From NCBI GenBank assembly GCA_049968235.1, contig JBMFRC010000011.1:1-64000 (forward strand): a stretch of DNA of 64,000 bases, read 5' to 3'. The notes beneath the pieces were generated by a model. It made no database searches. It was not told where the DNA came from and saw only the letters and a list, made by a program, of their open reading frames with translations. Below are positions 18,301 to 27,158 of this stretch, piece by piece. Numbering within the stretch: the first letter of the stretch is position 1; each line of letters opens with the position of its first letter. The position numbers were made by a program, and so were the translations under genes. This DNA is from Candidatus Hydrogenedens sp. GTDB taxonomy: Bacteria; Hydrogenedentota; Hydrogenedentia; Hydrogenedentales; Hydrogenedentaceae.

Positions 18301-19268
18301 TTTGTAATACCTGTATAGGCACAAAACAACAAATATAAATTACTCCAATTTTGAACAACACCTATATCATTAATGCCAAGCCCTACTAAGAATGCAAAAC
18401 GGGGATTTAACCCGCTAAGATTTGAAAGATCTGTTATATTTTCTTCAGCTAAACCTAATAATCCTGGGTTATCCTCATCTACATAAGTTATATTTGTCAT
18501 GTTGGCTACATAAGTATCCAATTCTGTTTGTCCCAACCCACAATTAGCGGATAAAAATGAATTCAAGTTCTGGTCTACATTTCCCAGAGGGGACCAATCC
18601 GTAATTGGATTACTTCCTAACCATAACTGAGTTAGATTATTCAGATTGTTTAGAAAACTTATATTTGTAACATTCTCCAATCCCCCTATACTTAGTATTT
18701 CTAAATTTACTAAAGAATTTAATACAGCAAGGTCAGCGTCATCAAGATTATTCGCTCCCGTAACAAATGGGTCAAATTCATCATATAAAAATACCGTACC
18801 AAATCCTAAATTTAATCCTACTAAATTTGTTAATGTCGATAAGGCTGAGATATCCGAAATCTGGTTCATTCCTATATCTAAATACTGTAGTCCTGTAAGT
18901 CCTGACAAACTTGAAATATCTGTTATCTGATTCTTTCCTAATAACAAATATATTAAATTCGTTAAACTACTTAATGGTGATACATTTGTTATTTCATTCG
19001 AAACAAGATTTAATACGGTTAAAGAAGTACACGCCTCTAAACCTGTTAAATCGGTAATCCCAAGGTAGGAGGCATCCAATTTAGTAAAATCAGGGTTTGC
19101 TAATTCGGTATCTTGTGGAGGGTTACTCAAAGGGCTTCCGACCTGGTCTTCATATTGTATCTGAACTGCTGACAACAGATTCGGGTCATTAAATATTACA
19201 TCTGCCGAAAAAACATTCAGAGAAAACAGTGCAAAAGCCATCACAACGACTAAAGATTGGATTTTCAT
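15306..19268 (-). CDS. Giant (1320 aa) secreted protein. It has N-terminal internalin-like leucine-rich repeats, about 9 divergent InlB B-repeat-like domains, a PEGTPEG linker and a conserved Cys-containing dockerin/EF-hand-like C-terminal module.
   Basis: Signal peptide MKIQSLVVVMAFALFSLNVFSA, with AAGGAGATG as Shine-Dalgarno. LRRs read LTVLNLVSNEITNVSPLSSLTNLIYLLLGKNQITDISSLSGLTGLQYLDIGMNQISDISAL. Repeated modules follow the pattern Y(T/K)L.I.V.G.GTT.P.PG.Y....G..V.L.A.P..G..F.GWSGD. C-terminal region is PEGEGTPEGTPEGTPEGTPEGTPEGEIPPHNADQNGDGKINLTELLRVIQFFN...YHCD...EDGYAPG...CNPHASDYNPQDWVISLSELLRLIQFFNSGGYYPCEGSEDGYCPG. Confidence 0.85.
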   Translation of the reverse strand: MKIQSLVVVMAFALFSLNVFSADVIFNDPNLLSAVQIQYEDQVGSPLSNPPQDTELANPDFTKLDASYLGITDLTGLEACTSLTVLNLVSNEITNVSPLSSLTNLIYLLLGKNQITDISSLSGLTGLQYLDIGMNQISDISALSTLTNLVGLNLGFGTVFLYDEFDPFVTGANNLDDADLAVLNSLVNLEILSIGGLENVTNISFLNNLNNLTQLWLGSNPITDWSPLGNVDQNLNSFLSANCGLGQTELDTYVANMTNITYVDEDNPGLLGLAEENITDLSNLSGLNPRFAFLVGLGINDIGVVQNWSNLYLLFCAYTGITNINSLVGLNGLTIANLPGNNIGPSLFTVKDPFTFNSLIGLNVSDNSLTNLSGIEMMPNLVALDASMNQINNIYGLSNSGSPVGTLEMLNLSNNVVSDISPLKNYTALKYVYLDNNNIENFGFLLDNEGIGDGDYIDLRYNPVPTELCYLVDQLVQKVKPSGVVTREGVCEVTVTIEVEGIGKVLPQVGVNTVEINSDFIILAYPQADSGYAFDHWEIWDENAKAGYVFLTDSYSYLFDNVQENILVKAVFVPGTYTLTFAFDPSNTGTGTIIPFYDGNGNYSFKDNQWVYLYALPDTGSCFGGWTEDAQSFGSSPFANIVMDSDKTVGAIFSNQCYQLKIEVIGNGFTSPYQGTYQYAQGSFVSISAFPDAGYLFDHWEDGNSNNLGTDNPINVEITEDMTIRAVFTSVPTYTLTINVNGSGTTDPVPGIYQKTEGQVVLITANPEEGWVFNGWSGDIGGANPQDNPIQVVMNANKVITANFRETDYTVVISVDGPGTTNPVPGNYYYFDGQWAFFTAIPDSGKAFAGWYENNELVNEWPFYSFQVTSDRNLVARFVDAVYTIELSTQGNGTTNPVPGIYGYIGGEWIYYIAYPDSGWALKHWITDDNEIISTDDVLILQVQESLSIIAVFEPCDWNVNITTAGNGTGETSPRPGAYCYINGKQLSLYAETEDYFGGWELIKNPNNNPETTWVYWYSATVTVNGHYDMIAHFDNEGRKFDFQIEGDGTVFIGEEEILLADVYLLSNNFPLQLTAVPGEGQVFKGWYSGNTLITSNPIFGTVLSEDMQLVAKFAPQVYYKLLLNVVEGQGTTSPLPGNEYLFLEGQTQTVIAQPANGWMFGAWTGDTEGIANIEQPEITVPMDRNRTIGVIFIQIPPEGEGTPEGTPEGTPEGTPEGTPEGEIPPHNADQNGDGKINLTELLRVIQFFNFNEYHCDPQGEDGYAPGPGDHSCNPHASDYNPQDWVISLSELLRLIQFFNSGGYYPCEGSEDGYCPGTQP
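15603..15672. repeat. In-frame 12-nt tandem repeat (CCTTCTGGAGTC, about 5.5 copies) encoding the PEGTPEG linker.
   Basis: tccttctggagtcccttctggagtcccttctggagtcccttctggagttccttctggtgtcccttctcc read directly. It is coding, not CRISPR-like, because there are no unique spacers. Confidence 0.7.
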
Positions 19269-19405
19269 AATACATCTCCTTAAAAATTTTAAATTTTAAT
19301 ATACATTCTGCCTAATTCTTATTATAATTTATACCACTTTTTTTATCAAATGTCAAATAAAAAACTCACATCTTTTCAACTTTCATATGAACTTGAGACA
19401 AACAT

Positions 19406-20755
19406 CTAATCGTAAAAATTTCTATTTACCTCAAACAGTGCCTTTTTAATTATATGTACAGATTGTAATAACTTATCTATACTCTCATAGCCATAAGAAA
19501 GTCGCATTTGATATTTTCCTTTTTTTAGCATGTCTCTTTGAGAGGAAACACAATATATTCCTGGCAAATAAATAACCTTTGGTTTTTTTTCTTTTCCTTC
19601 GTAGTCCCATTCTCTAACACCTGAATTTCGTGATAAAAGTGTAAAGAGGCGTGAATTGGAAATGGTTTTTATTTCTTTAAAGGTTAGGTATAAATAAAAA
19701 CCGGCATCTCCTCCTGTTATTGATTCCAGATAATTCCCAATTTGTTGATTAATTTCTCTTTTGAACAGAGTTCCTTTTTTTCGATATCCATCATTAACAG
19801 AGTTGAATTGTTTTTTGCCATATCTTTTAATAAGTTCTGCGGACACTTCCTGTGTTATTAATGGTGCACTGAAACCTACATCGCTATTCCACTGCACTAA
19901 GGCTTTGAGCAAATCACTTCCCTGAGGTCCTATGATAAAACCTACGCGTAATGAGGGTGCAAATATTTTTGATAAGGTACCAATCTCATAAACGGACGCA
20001 TTGTTATCATAAATTGATGGTGAAACAGGCTTTTCTAATTCAGGATTATGGATAAGCCATTCATACGCAAGGTCAAAAATTATAGGAATATGGACATTAT
20101 ATTTTTTTGCCAGATTCTGCACACACTCAACAATTTCTCTTCGTCGCCGGTTAGAAATTACAGTACATGTTGGATTATTCACAGATACAAAATAACAAAA
20201 AGACACATGTTTTCCTTGCTTCAAATGTTTTTCAAGTACCTCCACCAGAATATTAATATCAGGACCTTCCATCTCTTCTTGAACAGGTGCAATTTCAAAC
20301 CCATACCGTTCTAACGTTGAAGTATATATATAGTAGACTGGATCAGTCGTGATGACAATACCTTTCCTCAATATATTAGCCAAACCCGTCAATATACTTG
20401 TTGCGCCACTAACACCGATAATAATTTGCCTTTCATTAAAATTAGGGATATTTCCTATCCTGTGATCTTTCCACAATTCTTGATAAAACCATTTAATAGA
20501 CTCTATCAATTGAACAGAGCCTTCGGGTCCACCATAATTTAGTAAGTGTGAAAGTCGTGTATCTTTTTTTGCAAGTATGTTAACAATTTCCGCGAATTCA
20601 TCATAAGGGATAGTCTCTTCGTTAACATAACCGACACCAAGATTAATATCTATACCGGGTCGAAAATCCTTTGCAAATTCAGACATCATCAGACTAACAG
20701 GTGAAGGTTGAGAAGATTTTTTCCCATATTTAGAGAAGATGTGATGACTTTTCAT
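19406..20755 (-). CDS. PLP-dependent aminotransferase (fold type I, class I/II-like).
   Basis: 449-aa ORF. SKIFAPSLRVGFIIGP resembles the aminotransferase PLP-lysine region SK...G.R.G. YGGPEGSVQL is an N-terminal aminotransferase-like motif. The start codon is uncertain: MKSHH or MMSEF. Confidence 0.55.
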   Translation of the reverse strand: MKSHHIFSKYGKKSSQPSPVSLMMSEFAKDFRPGIDINLGVGYVNEETIPYDEFAEIVNILAKKDTRLSHLLNYGGPEGSVQLIESIKWFYQELWKDHRIGNIPNFNERQIIIGVSGATSILTGLANILRKGIVITTDPVYYIYTSTLERYGFEIAPVQEEMEGPDINILVEVLEKHLKQGKHVSFCYFVSVNNPTCTVISNRRRREIVECVQNLAKKYNVHIPIIFDLAYEWLIHNPELEKPVSPSIYDNNASVYEIGTLSKIFAPSLRVGFIIGPQGSDLLKALVQWNSDVGFSAPLITQEVSAELIKRYGKKQFNSVNDGYRKKGTLFKREINQQIGNYLESITGGDAGFYLYLTFKEIKTISNSRLFTLLSRNSGVREWDYEGKEKKPKVIYLPGIYCVSSQRDMLKKGKYQMRLSYGYESIDKLLQSVHIIKKALFEVNRNFYD

Positions 20756-20785
20756 ACTTGCAATACTTCATAAAAGGGATATTTT

Positions 20786-21838
20786 TTAACCTGTTTTCTC
20801 TACTTTCTGAACCAATTCCGTTCTGACGGGATATGTTCGATTTCCATAACTTATATAATAATAGGGTGCTTGTTCCACAACATCATCGGCAGGTTGCCGT
20901 AGTCCACTTTTAAAATATACCATATACTTCTTTCCGGAATTTATACCTGCCGTTGAAATATTTCGCTTTACCGCGGTAATTTTTCCACTCATTCTACTTG
21001 CATAGTAATTAGCATCTAATTTTAGACCCAATTTTGATTTAACTAATTTCACATAGTTAATCGTCTCATCAAATGGAGGAATACCTTTATACTTTTTCAC
21101 ATTCTCTGGACCTGCATTATACCCTGCCAGAGCAAAATCAATGTTCCCATTGAATAAGTCTAACATTCTATTTAAGTACTGCACACCTCCTGCAATATTT
21201 TGGGCAGGGTCAAATATATCGGTAACGCCCATTTCAACTGCAGTTGCAGGCATTAATTGCATTAAACCACAGGCACCTGCATTAGAAACAGCATTAGGAT
21301 TGAAAGCACTTTCGACTTCCATCACCGCCCATATCAATTTTTCATCTACCTGGTAATACTGACTGCACTCTTTTACAATTTTCTGAATTGCTTCAAAGTT
21401 ATATACTTTTCCTTTATATAAATGTTCAAATTTCTTTGAAACATGAACCGGTTCCAAAGGTACTATGATTGCATAGCCATTATTCTCAGTAGAATCTTTT
21501 GTAATTGTTCCTTTTTTCGTTATTTGCTGGGTGTTGGGAGATTTTTTAAAATACACCTCTTTATATTCACTTTTAGAACGATATTTTTGGGGACGATTTG
21601 TAAAAACTAATGTGCCATCCTTCCGTTGAAATTGATACAATCCTTTTTCTCGTGAGCGGTCTGCATAGGCTTCTTTTAAATCTATCTTATATATTTTCGT
21701 TCCCTGAGAAGAAACACCATCTATCTTTTGCTCTGAAGAAACATGGGGTTCCGTGAAAATAGGATTAGAAAAAAGCAACACAAAAAACAAACTGGTTATA
21801 GTTCTGAGAAATATCTTTTTCTTCTTTACGAATAACAT
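20786..21838 (-). CDS. Lytic murein transglycosylase (SLT domain) with a signal peptide and an extra C-terminal domain.
   Basis: SLT motifs read EKLIWAVMEVESAFNPNAVSNAGACGLMQLMPATA ... AGYNAGPENV. The N-terminal hydrophobic signal is LFFVLLFSNPIF. Confidence 0.8.
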   Translation of the reverse strand: MLFVKKKKIFLRTITSLFFVLLFSNPIFTEPHVSSEQKIDGVSSQGTKIYKIDLKEAYADRSREKGLYQFQRKDGTLVFTNRPQKYRSKSEYKEVYFKKSPNTQQITKKGTITKDSTENNGYAIIVPLEPVHVSKKFEHLYKGKVYNFEAIQKIVKECSQYYQVDEKLIWAVMEVESAFNPNAVSNAGACGLMQLMPATAVEMGVTDIFDPAQNIAGGVQYLNRMLDLFNGNIDFALAGYNAGPENVKKYKGIPPFDETINYVKLVKSKLGLKLDANYYASRMSGKITAVKRNISTAGINSGKKYMVYFKSGLRQPADDVVEQAPYYYISYGNRTYPVRTELVQKVEKTG

Positions 21839-22026
21839 TCATTTTTCCTGACAAAATTTTATATTCCTTTATAATAATAGAAAAAAGTTATTATTTCTGT
21901 CAACAAATTATTAGAAAGATTTCATTTTTCAAGTTTTTCAAGAATCAATCCTTTTACTTCTTTTGATGTTTTGTTATCAATGGATATAAGGCTATTTCCT
22001 TTTACCAAAATATTTCCCTCCACTTT

Positions 22027-23232
22027 TTAGATATCACAGTTTTTATCTACCGTATCAAACTCTATAGGCTTTCTCATGTATTCATCCAGTATTACACAAT
22101 TGCGAAAAAGAACATTTCCAATATCAGAAGTTATAGATTTCCGCCATTGGTTGATTTTGATAGGATAACCTTTTTGTTTATCCGGTGTATTGAGGCACAC
22201 ACATGAATCAAATATTACATCGAGACCTTCGGATGATTTATCAAAGACTACAATCCCCCCTCTTTTTGCACCCTCAATAAAACAGTTTTTAAAAATCAAT
22301 TTACCTTGAGGTCCATCCTCTGAAACAGCCCCTATTGCAATTCCATGGTCATAATCACCTTTCATGATACAGTTTTCTATATTTATAGAAACCGGGGCGG
22401 TTGTTTTCTTAAAATTTTTTAGATACACCAAAACCCCTGCACCTTTATTGCCACTGATATAACAATTTTTCATCGTAATATCTGTCAGTTGTTCATCAGC
22501 CCCATTAGGTTCAAAGTCAATTCCTGCTTGAGGTGCCGTTCCTGATGTATTCAACAATGAACAATTTTCAATAGTTAAATTTTTAGCACTAATAACGCTA
22601 ATCCCCTGACGATGATTATCATCACATATAACATCTTTTATAACTGCATTTTCACAATAATTCTGTTTATGAGTGACGCCTATATAAATTCCATCTCCTC
22701 CGCTACTTTCACATCGAATTCCTTCAACAATAACATTCTTACAACCTGTCATCGATAAAACCATTCGCCATTCTGCGGGTTCATATTCTTTTTTATTCTG
22801 GTAATCCTTTTTATGCATTCTTAAAATCGCGACATAACCTGAAATCACTAGATTTTCAACATCATCAGCAAAAAACAATGAATCACCTCTGCCCTTAAAC
22901 TCTCCTTTTTTAGCAAGAATAACTACCCCGGGTAAAAATGTAATTTTTTGATTTGAATGTAATTTTATTGGCTTAACAATCCACGGAACACCCATATTTG
23001 GGACTATGATTTCTTTTGCTCCTGAATCTATTGCTGACTGTAAACAAACTGTCGCGTCATCGGCATTAAATCCCCACCATGCAGGGCTTGCCCATGTAAG
23101 AGTCCCTTGTTGAACCTGAGAAATTGCATCTTGATTTGCTTGATGTAATGGAAATTGTATTTCACTGGCATATGCGTAAATATTTAATAAACAAACGAAA
23201 CCGGACAAAACTACCGTACATTGCTTAGCCAT
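22027..23232 (-). CDS. Secreted right-handed parallel beta-helix (pectin-lyase-fold) protein. It is a probable polysaccharide hydrolase or lyase.
   Basis: Signal peptide MAKQCTVVLSGFVCLLNIYAYA. Repetitive beta-helix rungs (NAVIKDVICDDNHRQGISVISAKNLTIENCSLLNTSGTAPQAGIDFEPNG...MKNCYISGNKGAGVLVYL). Confidence 0.6.
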   Translation of the reverse strand: MAKQCTVVLSGFVCLLNIYAYASEIQFPLHQANQDAISQVQQGTLTWASPAWWGFNADDATVCLQSAIDSGAKEIIVPNMGVPWIVKPIKLHSNQKITFLPGVVILAKKGEFKGRGDSLFFADDVENLVISGYVAILRMHKKDYQNKKEYEPAEWRMVLSMTGCKNVIVEGIRCESSGGDGIYIGVTHKQNYCENAVIKDVICDDNHRQGISVISAKNLTIENCSLLNTSGTAPQAGIDFEPNGADEQLTDITMKNCYISGNKGAGVLVYLKNFKKTTAPVSINIENCIMKGDYDHGIAIGAVSEDGPQGKLIFKNCFIEGAKRGGIVVFDKSSEGLDVIFDSCVCLNTPDKQKGYPIKINQWRKSITSDIGNVLFRNCVILDEYMRKPIEFDTVDKNCDI

Positions 23233-23344
23233 TTTCTTTTCCTCTCAAATTATGGTTTAATCCTGAAAATAACCAATAAAATATGGTAAACTAATACCCA
23301 TCTTAATAACAATCTGGGAGAAATACAATTTAAGGAGAAAGATT

Positions 23345-24730
23345 ATGAAGCATAATATATCTATTGACATATCTTTATGCCATGCTAATAAAATAAGTCC
23401 TGCTCATGGTTTTACCGATGATGAATTACAAAATTTAGGCGAATTAATCAAGCGGTATCACCAATCTATATTGCAAGAACGAGAAGAGAAAAAATATGGT
23501 TTCTTTGAACTTTATAAGGACAAAGTAACCCGTGAAAAGATTAAAAATATTTCATCTGATTTTCTAAATCGTGGTATTGAAAATCTGGTAATATTAGGGA
23601 TTGGCGGTTCCGCTTTAGGCATTACAGCACTGAACACAGCACTCAATGGTTATTATTACAACCTCTTGTCTCGTCAGGAAAGGAAGGGTTATCCCCGTCT
23701 TTTTGTAATGGATAACATTGACCCAATTACATTCAAACGAATGATGCATTTATGTCCACCTCATAATACATTATATAACGCTATTTCAAAATCAGGTGAA
23801 ACAGCGGAAACAATGTGTCAGTTACTTATAATATTAAAAGAATTAGAAGAAACATTAGGACACGAAAAGATAAAAGAGCATGTTGTTATTACAACAAGTC
23901 CAAGAGGTAAAGATGCTCCAAAAAGTTTGTTACATCCCATTGCCGATAAATATGGTATTACTCAGTTTGAAATCCCTTTAAATGTAGGCGGTCGATTTTC
24001 TGTATTCTCTCCCGTAGGTCTATTCCCGTCTGCAATGTTAGGATTTGATGTTGAAGCCCTTGCCGAGGGATGTGCGGAGATGGATATTTTATGTTCAAAG
24101 AGAACTTTTCAAGAAAATCCCGCATACCAATTTGCAGGCGTTCATTATATCCTTGATAAAAGCAAAGGTAAAAAAATATCTGTAATGATGCCTTATTCAG
24201 ACCGATTAAAAGATATTGCGGATTGGTATTGCCAACTATGGGCAGAGAGTTTAGGTAAAAAAGAAGATATTCAGGGAAATATAGTTTTTAACGGGCAGAC
24301 ACCTGTCAAAGCATTAGGAGCAACTGACCAGCATTCTCAGATACAACTGTATCGGGAAGGACCAAATGACAAAATAATCAATCTAATTTCTGTGGAAAAT
24401 GCCGGAGAAACCTTACCCATCCCAGATATGTTAGCCGAAATTCCCGAACTGGAATATATACGAGGTCAAAGTATGAATGACTTATTATTTGCAGAGTTTC
24501 AGGGTACAAAGGACGCTCTTACACTAAGTCAGCGTCCTGTTATTCATATACAAATGACGGAAATATCTGAATTCACGGTTGCACAATTATTATATATGTT
24601 AGAAGTTGCCACAGCCATGGCAGGTAAATTATATGCTGTAAATGCTTTTAATCAACCCGGTGTTGAAGAGGGTAAAAAAATAGCCCGCCAGTTAATGCTG
24701 GAAATGAAAAAGAAAAAAACATCTCAGTAA
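23345..24730 (+). CDS. pgi: Glucose-6-phosphate isomerase.
   Basis: PGI signatures LGIGGSALG, SKSGETAET and NVGGRFSVFSPVGL. An AAGGAGAAAG Shine-Dalgarno sequence lies upstream. Confidence 0.9.
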   Translation: MKHNISIDISLCHANKISPAHGFTDDELQNLGELIKRYHQSILQEREEKKYGFFELYKDKVTREKIKNISSDFLNRGIENLVILGIGGSALGITALNTALNGYYYNLLSRQERKGYPRLFVMDNIDPITFKRMMHLCPPHNTLYNAISKSGETAETMCQLLIILKELEETLGHEKIKEHVVITTSPRGKDAPKSLLHPIADKYGITQFEIPLNVGGRFSVFSPVGLFPSAMLGFDVEALAEGCAEMDILCSKRTFQENPAYQFAGVHYILDKSKGKKISVMMPYSDRLKDIADWYCQLWAESLGKKEDIQGNIVFNGQTPVKALGATDQHSQIQLYREGPNDKIINLISVENAGETLPIPDMLAEIPELEYIRGQSMNDLLFAEFQGTKDALTLSQRPVIHIQMTEISEFTVAQLLYMLEVATAMAGKLYAVNAFNQPGVEEGKKIARQLMLEMKKKKTSQ

Positions 24731-24740
24731 ATTAAATACA

Positions 24741-26405
24741 GTGATTGAAATTAGAAAATTTATTCACTATGTTGCACTTTCAATGAATAACATAAACGAC
24801 GAAATAAGAACGAACAGTCAAAACCAACAATGTGTTGAAATACCATCAACTTTCGATTATATTTTTTTTATAAGAAGGAAAAAATCGTTTCGTTATTTGA
24901 TTTTTTCAGTTGTAATATTAACCTTTTGTTTATGGTTTTCAGACCGATATTTACGCTTTGACCTGGATGAGACCAAATATCGTGTTGCACTAACACTGGA
25001 AAAAGAATCTGCTCGCCCTATAATGCGAAATATCGTCCAAAAAGTATTATCTAATCCCACTCTTTTGGATGACCCAAGATATTCTCAATACTTAGAATTT
25101 CTTGCTTTGATTGAAGAAGATGATGCTGTTCAAAAACTTTTTCAGGATATTTATAACCTCAGCAATATAAATACTTCTTTTTTAACAAATTATGTAACCA
25201 GACTCTATTTCCTTGGGAATTATAATAAAGCAAGAGATTTGATTAAAGAGGCACAGAATCTTCCCCTTAACAATTCTTTATTAGGATATATAGAATCTGC
25301 AATGGTTATAACACCGGGTACAACAGATGAAAAGACCCTTTCCGAAGGTATATCCATTATTGTAAAAGAGAATCGAAGTGGAAATCCCATTATTTTTCCG
25401 GAACCTTACTGGCATAATACCTTACCTAAATATACTTATTCTTATTACATGCAGAAATATAATATCCTGAATCACTGTTTAGCACCTTTATACAAAATGT
25501 TTTCTGATATACTCAAACAAACGGAGACTGACCTAAATCAGAATAATGTTCAAAATAAACAAATATGGCTGGAAGAATTATATCGAATGGGGAAGAAAAT
25601 AGGGATGAGTTTAAGTCCCGATGATTATTATTCAAGTTTACCTATATGTATCTTTTCTCTAAAACTCCAAAAGGATATTCTCTCAACATATAATAAATTT
25701 TCAAAATCAGTCAGTTCACCAATTCTTGAAAAAGAAAAAGGCAAATTAAATAAGATATCAAATTTATTAGAAATGTCAGAGCAACTGGAAGAGAAAAGAA
25801 AAATTGAATTTGAAAATAGCCGAGAAAATAGAACAAAAACAATTGCTTTCGTCCTTTTAGGGCTTATTAAATTAATATTTATTTATTTCATAAGTAAATT
25901 ATTGTATTCCTTACTATTTAGGTCCCAACCGAACTTACTTTTTCTTATGTTTCCAGGTTCTGTTTATATCTATATTTTTGTCTGGTCTTTTGTTGTATTT
26001 GTATTTTTATTCTATTCATTATACTTCAATAAAATTATCGTAAAAAGTTTTTTTATAATGAGCATCCTTTGGAGTTTATTACTAATTTCCCCGTTTTTTG
26101 TATTAATCTCCTCTTTATTTCGTAGAAAATTGTGCAACGATGTTTTCATAGACATAGGAAAAAACAAAGAAACTTATAAATCAGAATCTAAAAGGAAGTA
26201 TTCTTTTCTTCTTTTATTTATATATTTTACAGGTAAACTAGCAGGCATACTTTTAGGTTTTTATACCACACTAATTTGTATTTTGTTTTTAACATTTCGT
26301 ATATTTTATTTTTCATATCCATTTCAATTGAATTTAATTTGGGACTTAACAAGAATTGAAGAAATGGAATTAATAAAAGATTTTTTGTCCTTTATTCATT
26401 CTTGA
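24741..26405 (+). CDS. Hypothetical integral membrane protein. It has an N-terminal TM helix, a soluble domain of about 300 aa, and a C-terminal cluster of TM helices.
   Basis: Long ORF (554 aa from the GTG start; an alternative ATG lies at 24783). Very hydrophobic C-terminal third (FVLLGLIKLIFIYFISKLLYSLLF..., FVWSFVVFVFLFYSLYF...). No domain recognised. Confidence 0.45.
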   Translation: MIEIRKFIHYVALSMNNINDEIRTNSQNQQCVEIPSTFDYIFFIRRKKSFRYLIFSVVILTFCLWFSDRYLRFDLDETKYRVALTLEKESARPIMRNIVQKVLSNPTLLDDPRYSQYLEFLALIEEDDAVQKLFQDIYNLSNINTSFLTNYVTRLYFLGNYNKARDLIKEAQNLPLNNSLLGYIESAMVITPGTTDEKTLSEGISIIVKENRSGNPIIFPEPYWHNTLPKYTYSYYMQKYNILNHCLAPLYKMFSDILKQTETDLNQNNVQNKQIWLEELYRMGKKIGMSLSPDDYYSSLPICIFSLKLQKDILSTYNKFSKSVSSPILEKEKGKLNKISNLLEMSEQLEEKRKIEFENSRENRTKTIAFVLLGLIKLIFIYFISKLLYSLLFRSQPNLLFLMFPGSVYIYIFVWSFVVFVFLFYSLYFNKIIVKSFFIMSILWSLLLISPFFVLISSLFRRKLCNDVFIDIGKNKETYKSESKRKYSFLLLFIYFTGKLAGILLGFYTTLICILFLTFRIFYFSYPFQLNLIWDLTRIEEMELIKDFLSFIHS

Positions 26406-26509
26406 CATAGATTACCAAAATTACATATAATAAATGCTAATCTAATTAATAATGTTAAATATGAAATTATTACTAAACAGAACCCGTATTCGTTAAGGAG
26501 GTTAATATT

Positions 26510-27094
26510 ATGAATCGTGAACAAAAAGCGTTTACAACATTTGAAGCGGCAAGGATATGTCATGTAACCCACCATAGTATAAAGAATTGGATTCGTCAGG
26601 GTCTGATAAAAGCATCGCGAACACCTGGAGGACATTATCGTATTCTTGAAAAAGACCTGGATGAATTTAGAGAAAAGTATGATATGTTTCCAAGGGACAA
26701 AAACGCCAAAAAGTATCGTATTATGGTGGTTGATGATGACCCCGACGCGATAAATCTTATTGAGAACATGTTGGGTAAAGATGAGTATGAAATTATAAAA
26801 GTAAATAACGCTACAGAAGTTGGCTTAAAAGCAATCCAATTATCTCCCGACCTTATATTGCTTGATTTCTTAATGCCAGAAATCAATGGTTTTGAAGTAT
26901 GCCGTGCATTAAGGAGTAACGATATGACTCGTTTTATTCCGATTATGGCGGTAACATGCTTAACTAAAGATTCTGACATTGAACGGATATTCGCTTGTGG
27001 TGCGGATGAATATCTTGCAAAGCCTTTTAAAGTTGACCAATTATTGGAAAAAGTTAAAGAGTTGGTTACTAAAGGTCGACCCGTCCAAAAATAA
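26510..27094 (+). CDS. Response regulator with an N-terminal excisionase/MerR-type HTH (HTH_17-like) and a C-terminal receiver (REC) domain.
   Basis: HTH reads TTFEAARICHVTHHSIKNWIRQGLIKASRTPGGHYRI. REC reads RIMVVDDDPDAI...LILLDFLMPEINGFEVCRALR...IMAVT...LAKPF. A strong AAGGAGG Shine-Dalgarno sequence lies upstream. Confidence 0.85.
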   Translation: MNREQKAFTTFEAARICHVTHHSIKNWIRQGLIKASRTPGGHYRILEKDLDEFREKYDMFPRDKNAKKYRIMVVDDDPDAINLIENMLGKDEYEIIKVNNATEVGLKAIQLSPDLILLDFLMPEINGFEVCRALRSNDMTRFIPIMAVTCLTKDSDIERIFACGADEYLAKPFKVDQLLEKVKELVTKGRPVQK

Positions 27095-27158
27095 CATTTA
27101 AGAATAAACATATATTGTAGGATGCCAGGGGAAATTATTCTCTCTTGGCAAATACTTC

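Noticed and set aside
26396-27111. Minus-strand ORFs 26396..26635 and 26635..27111 opposite the response-regulator gene.
   Set aside because: The sense strand encodes a complete, motif-perfect REC domain with a strong ribosome-binding site. The antisense ORFs are serine/low-complexity shadows.
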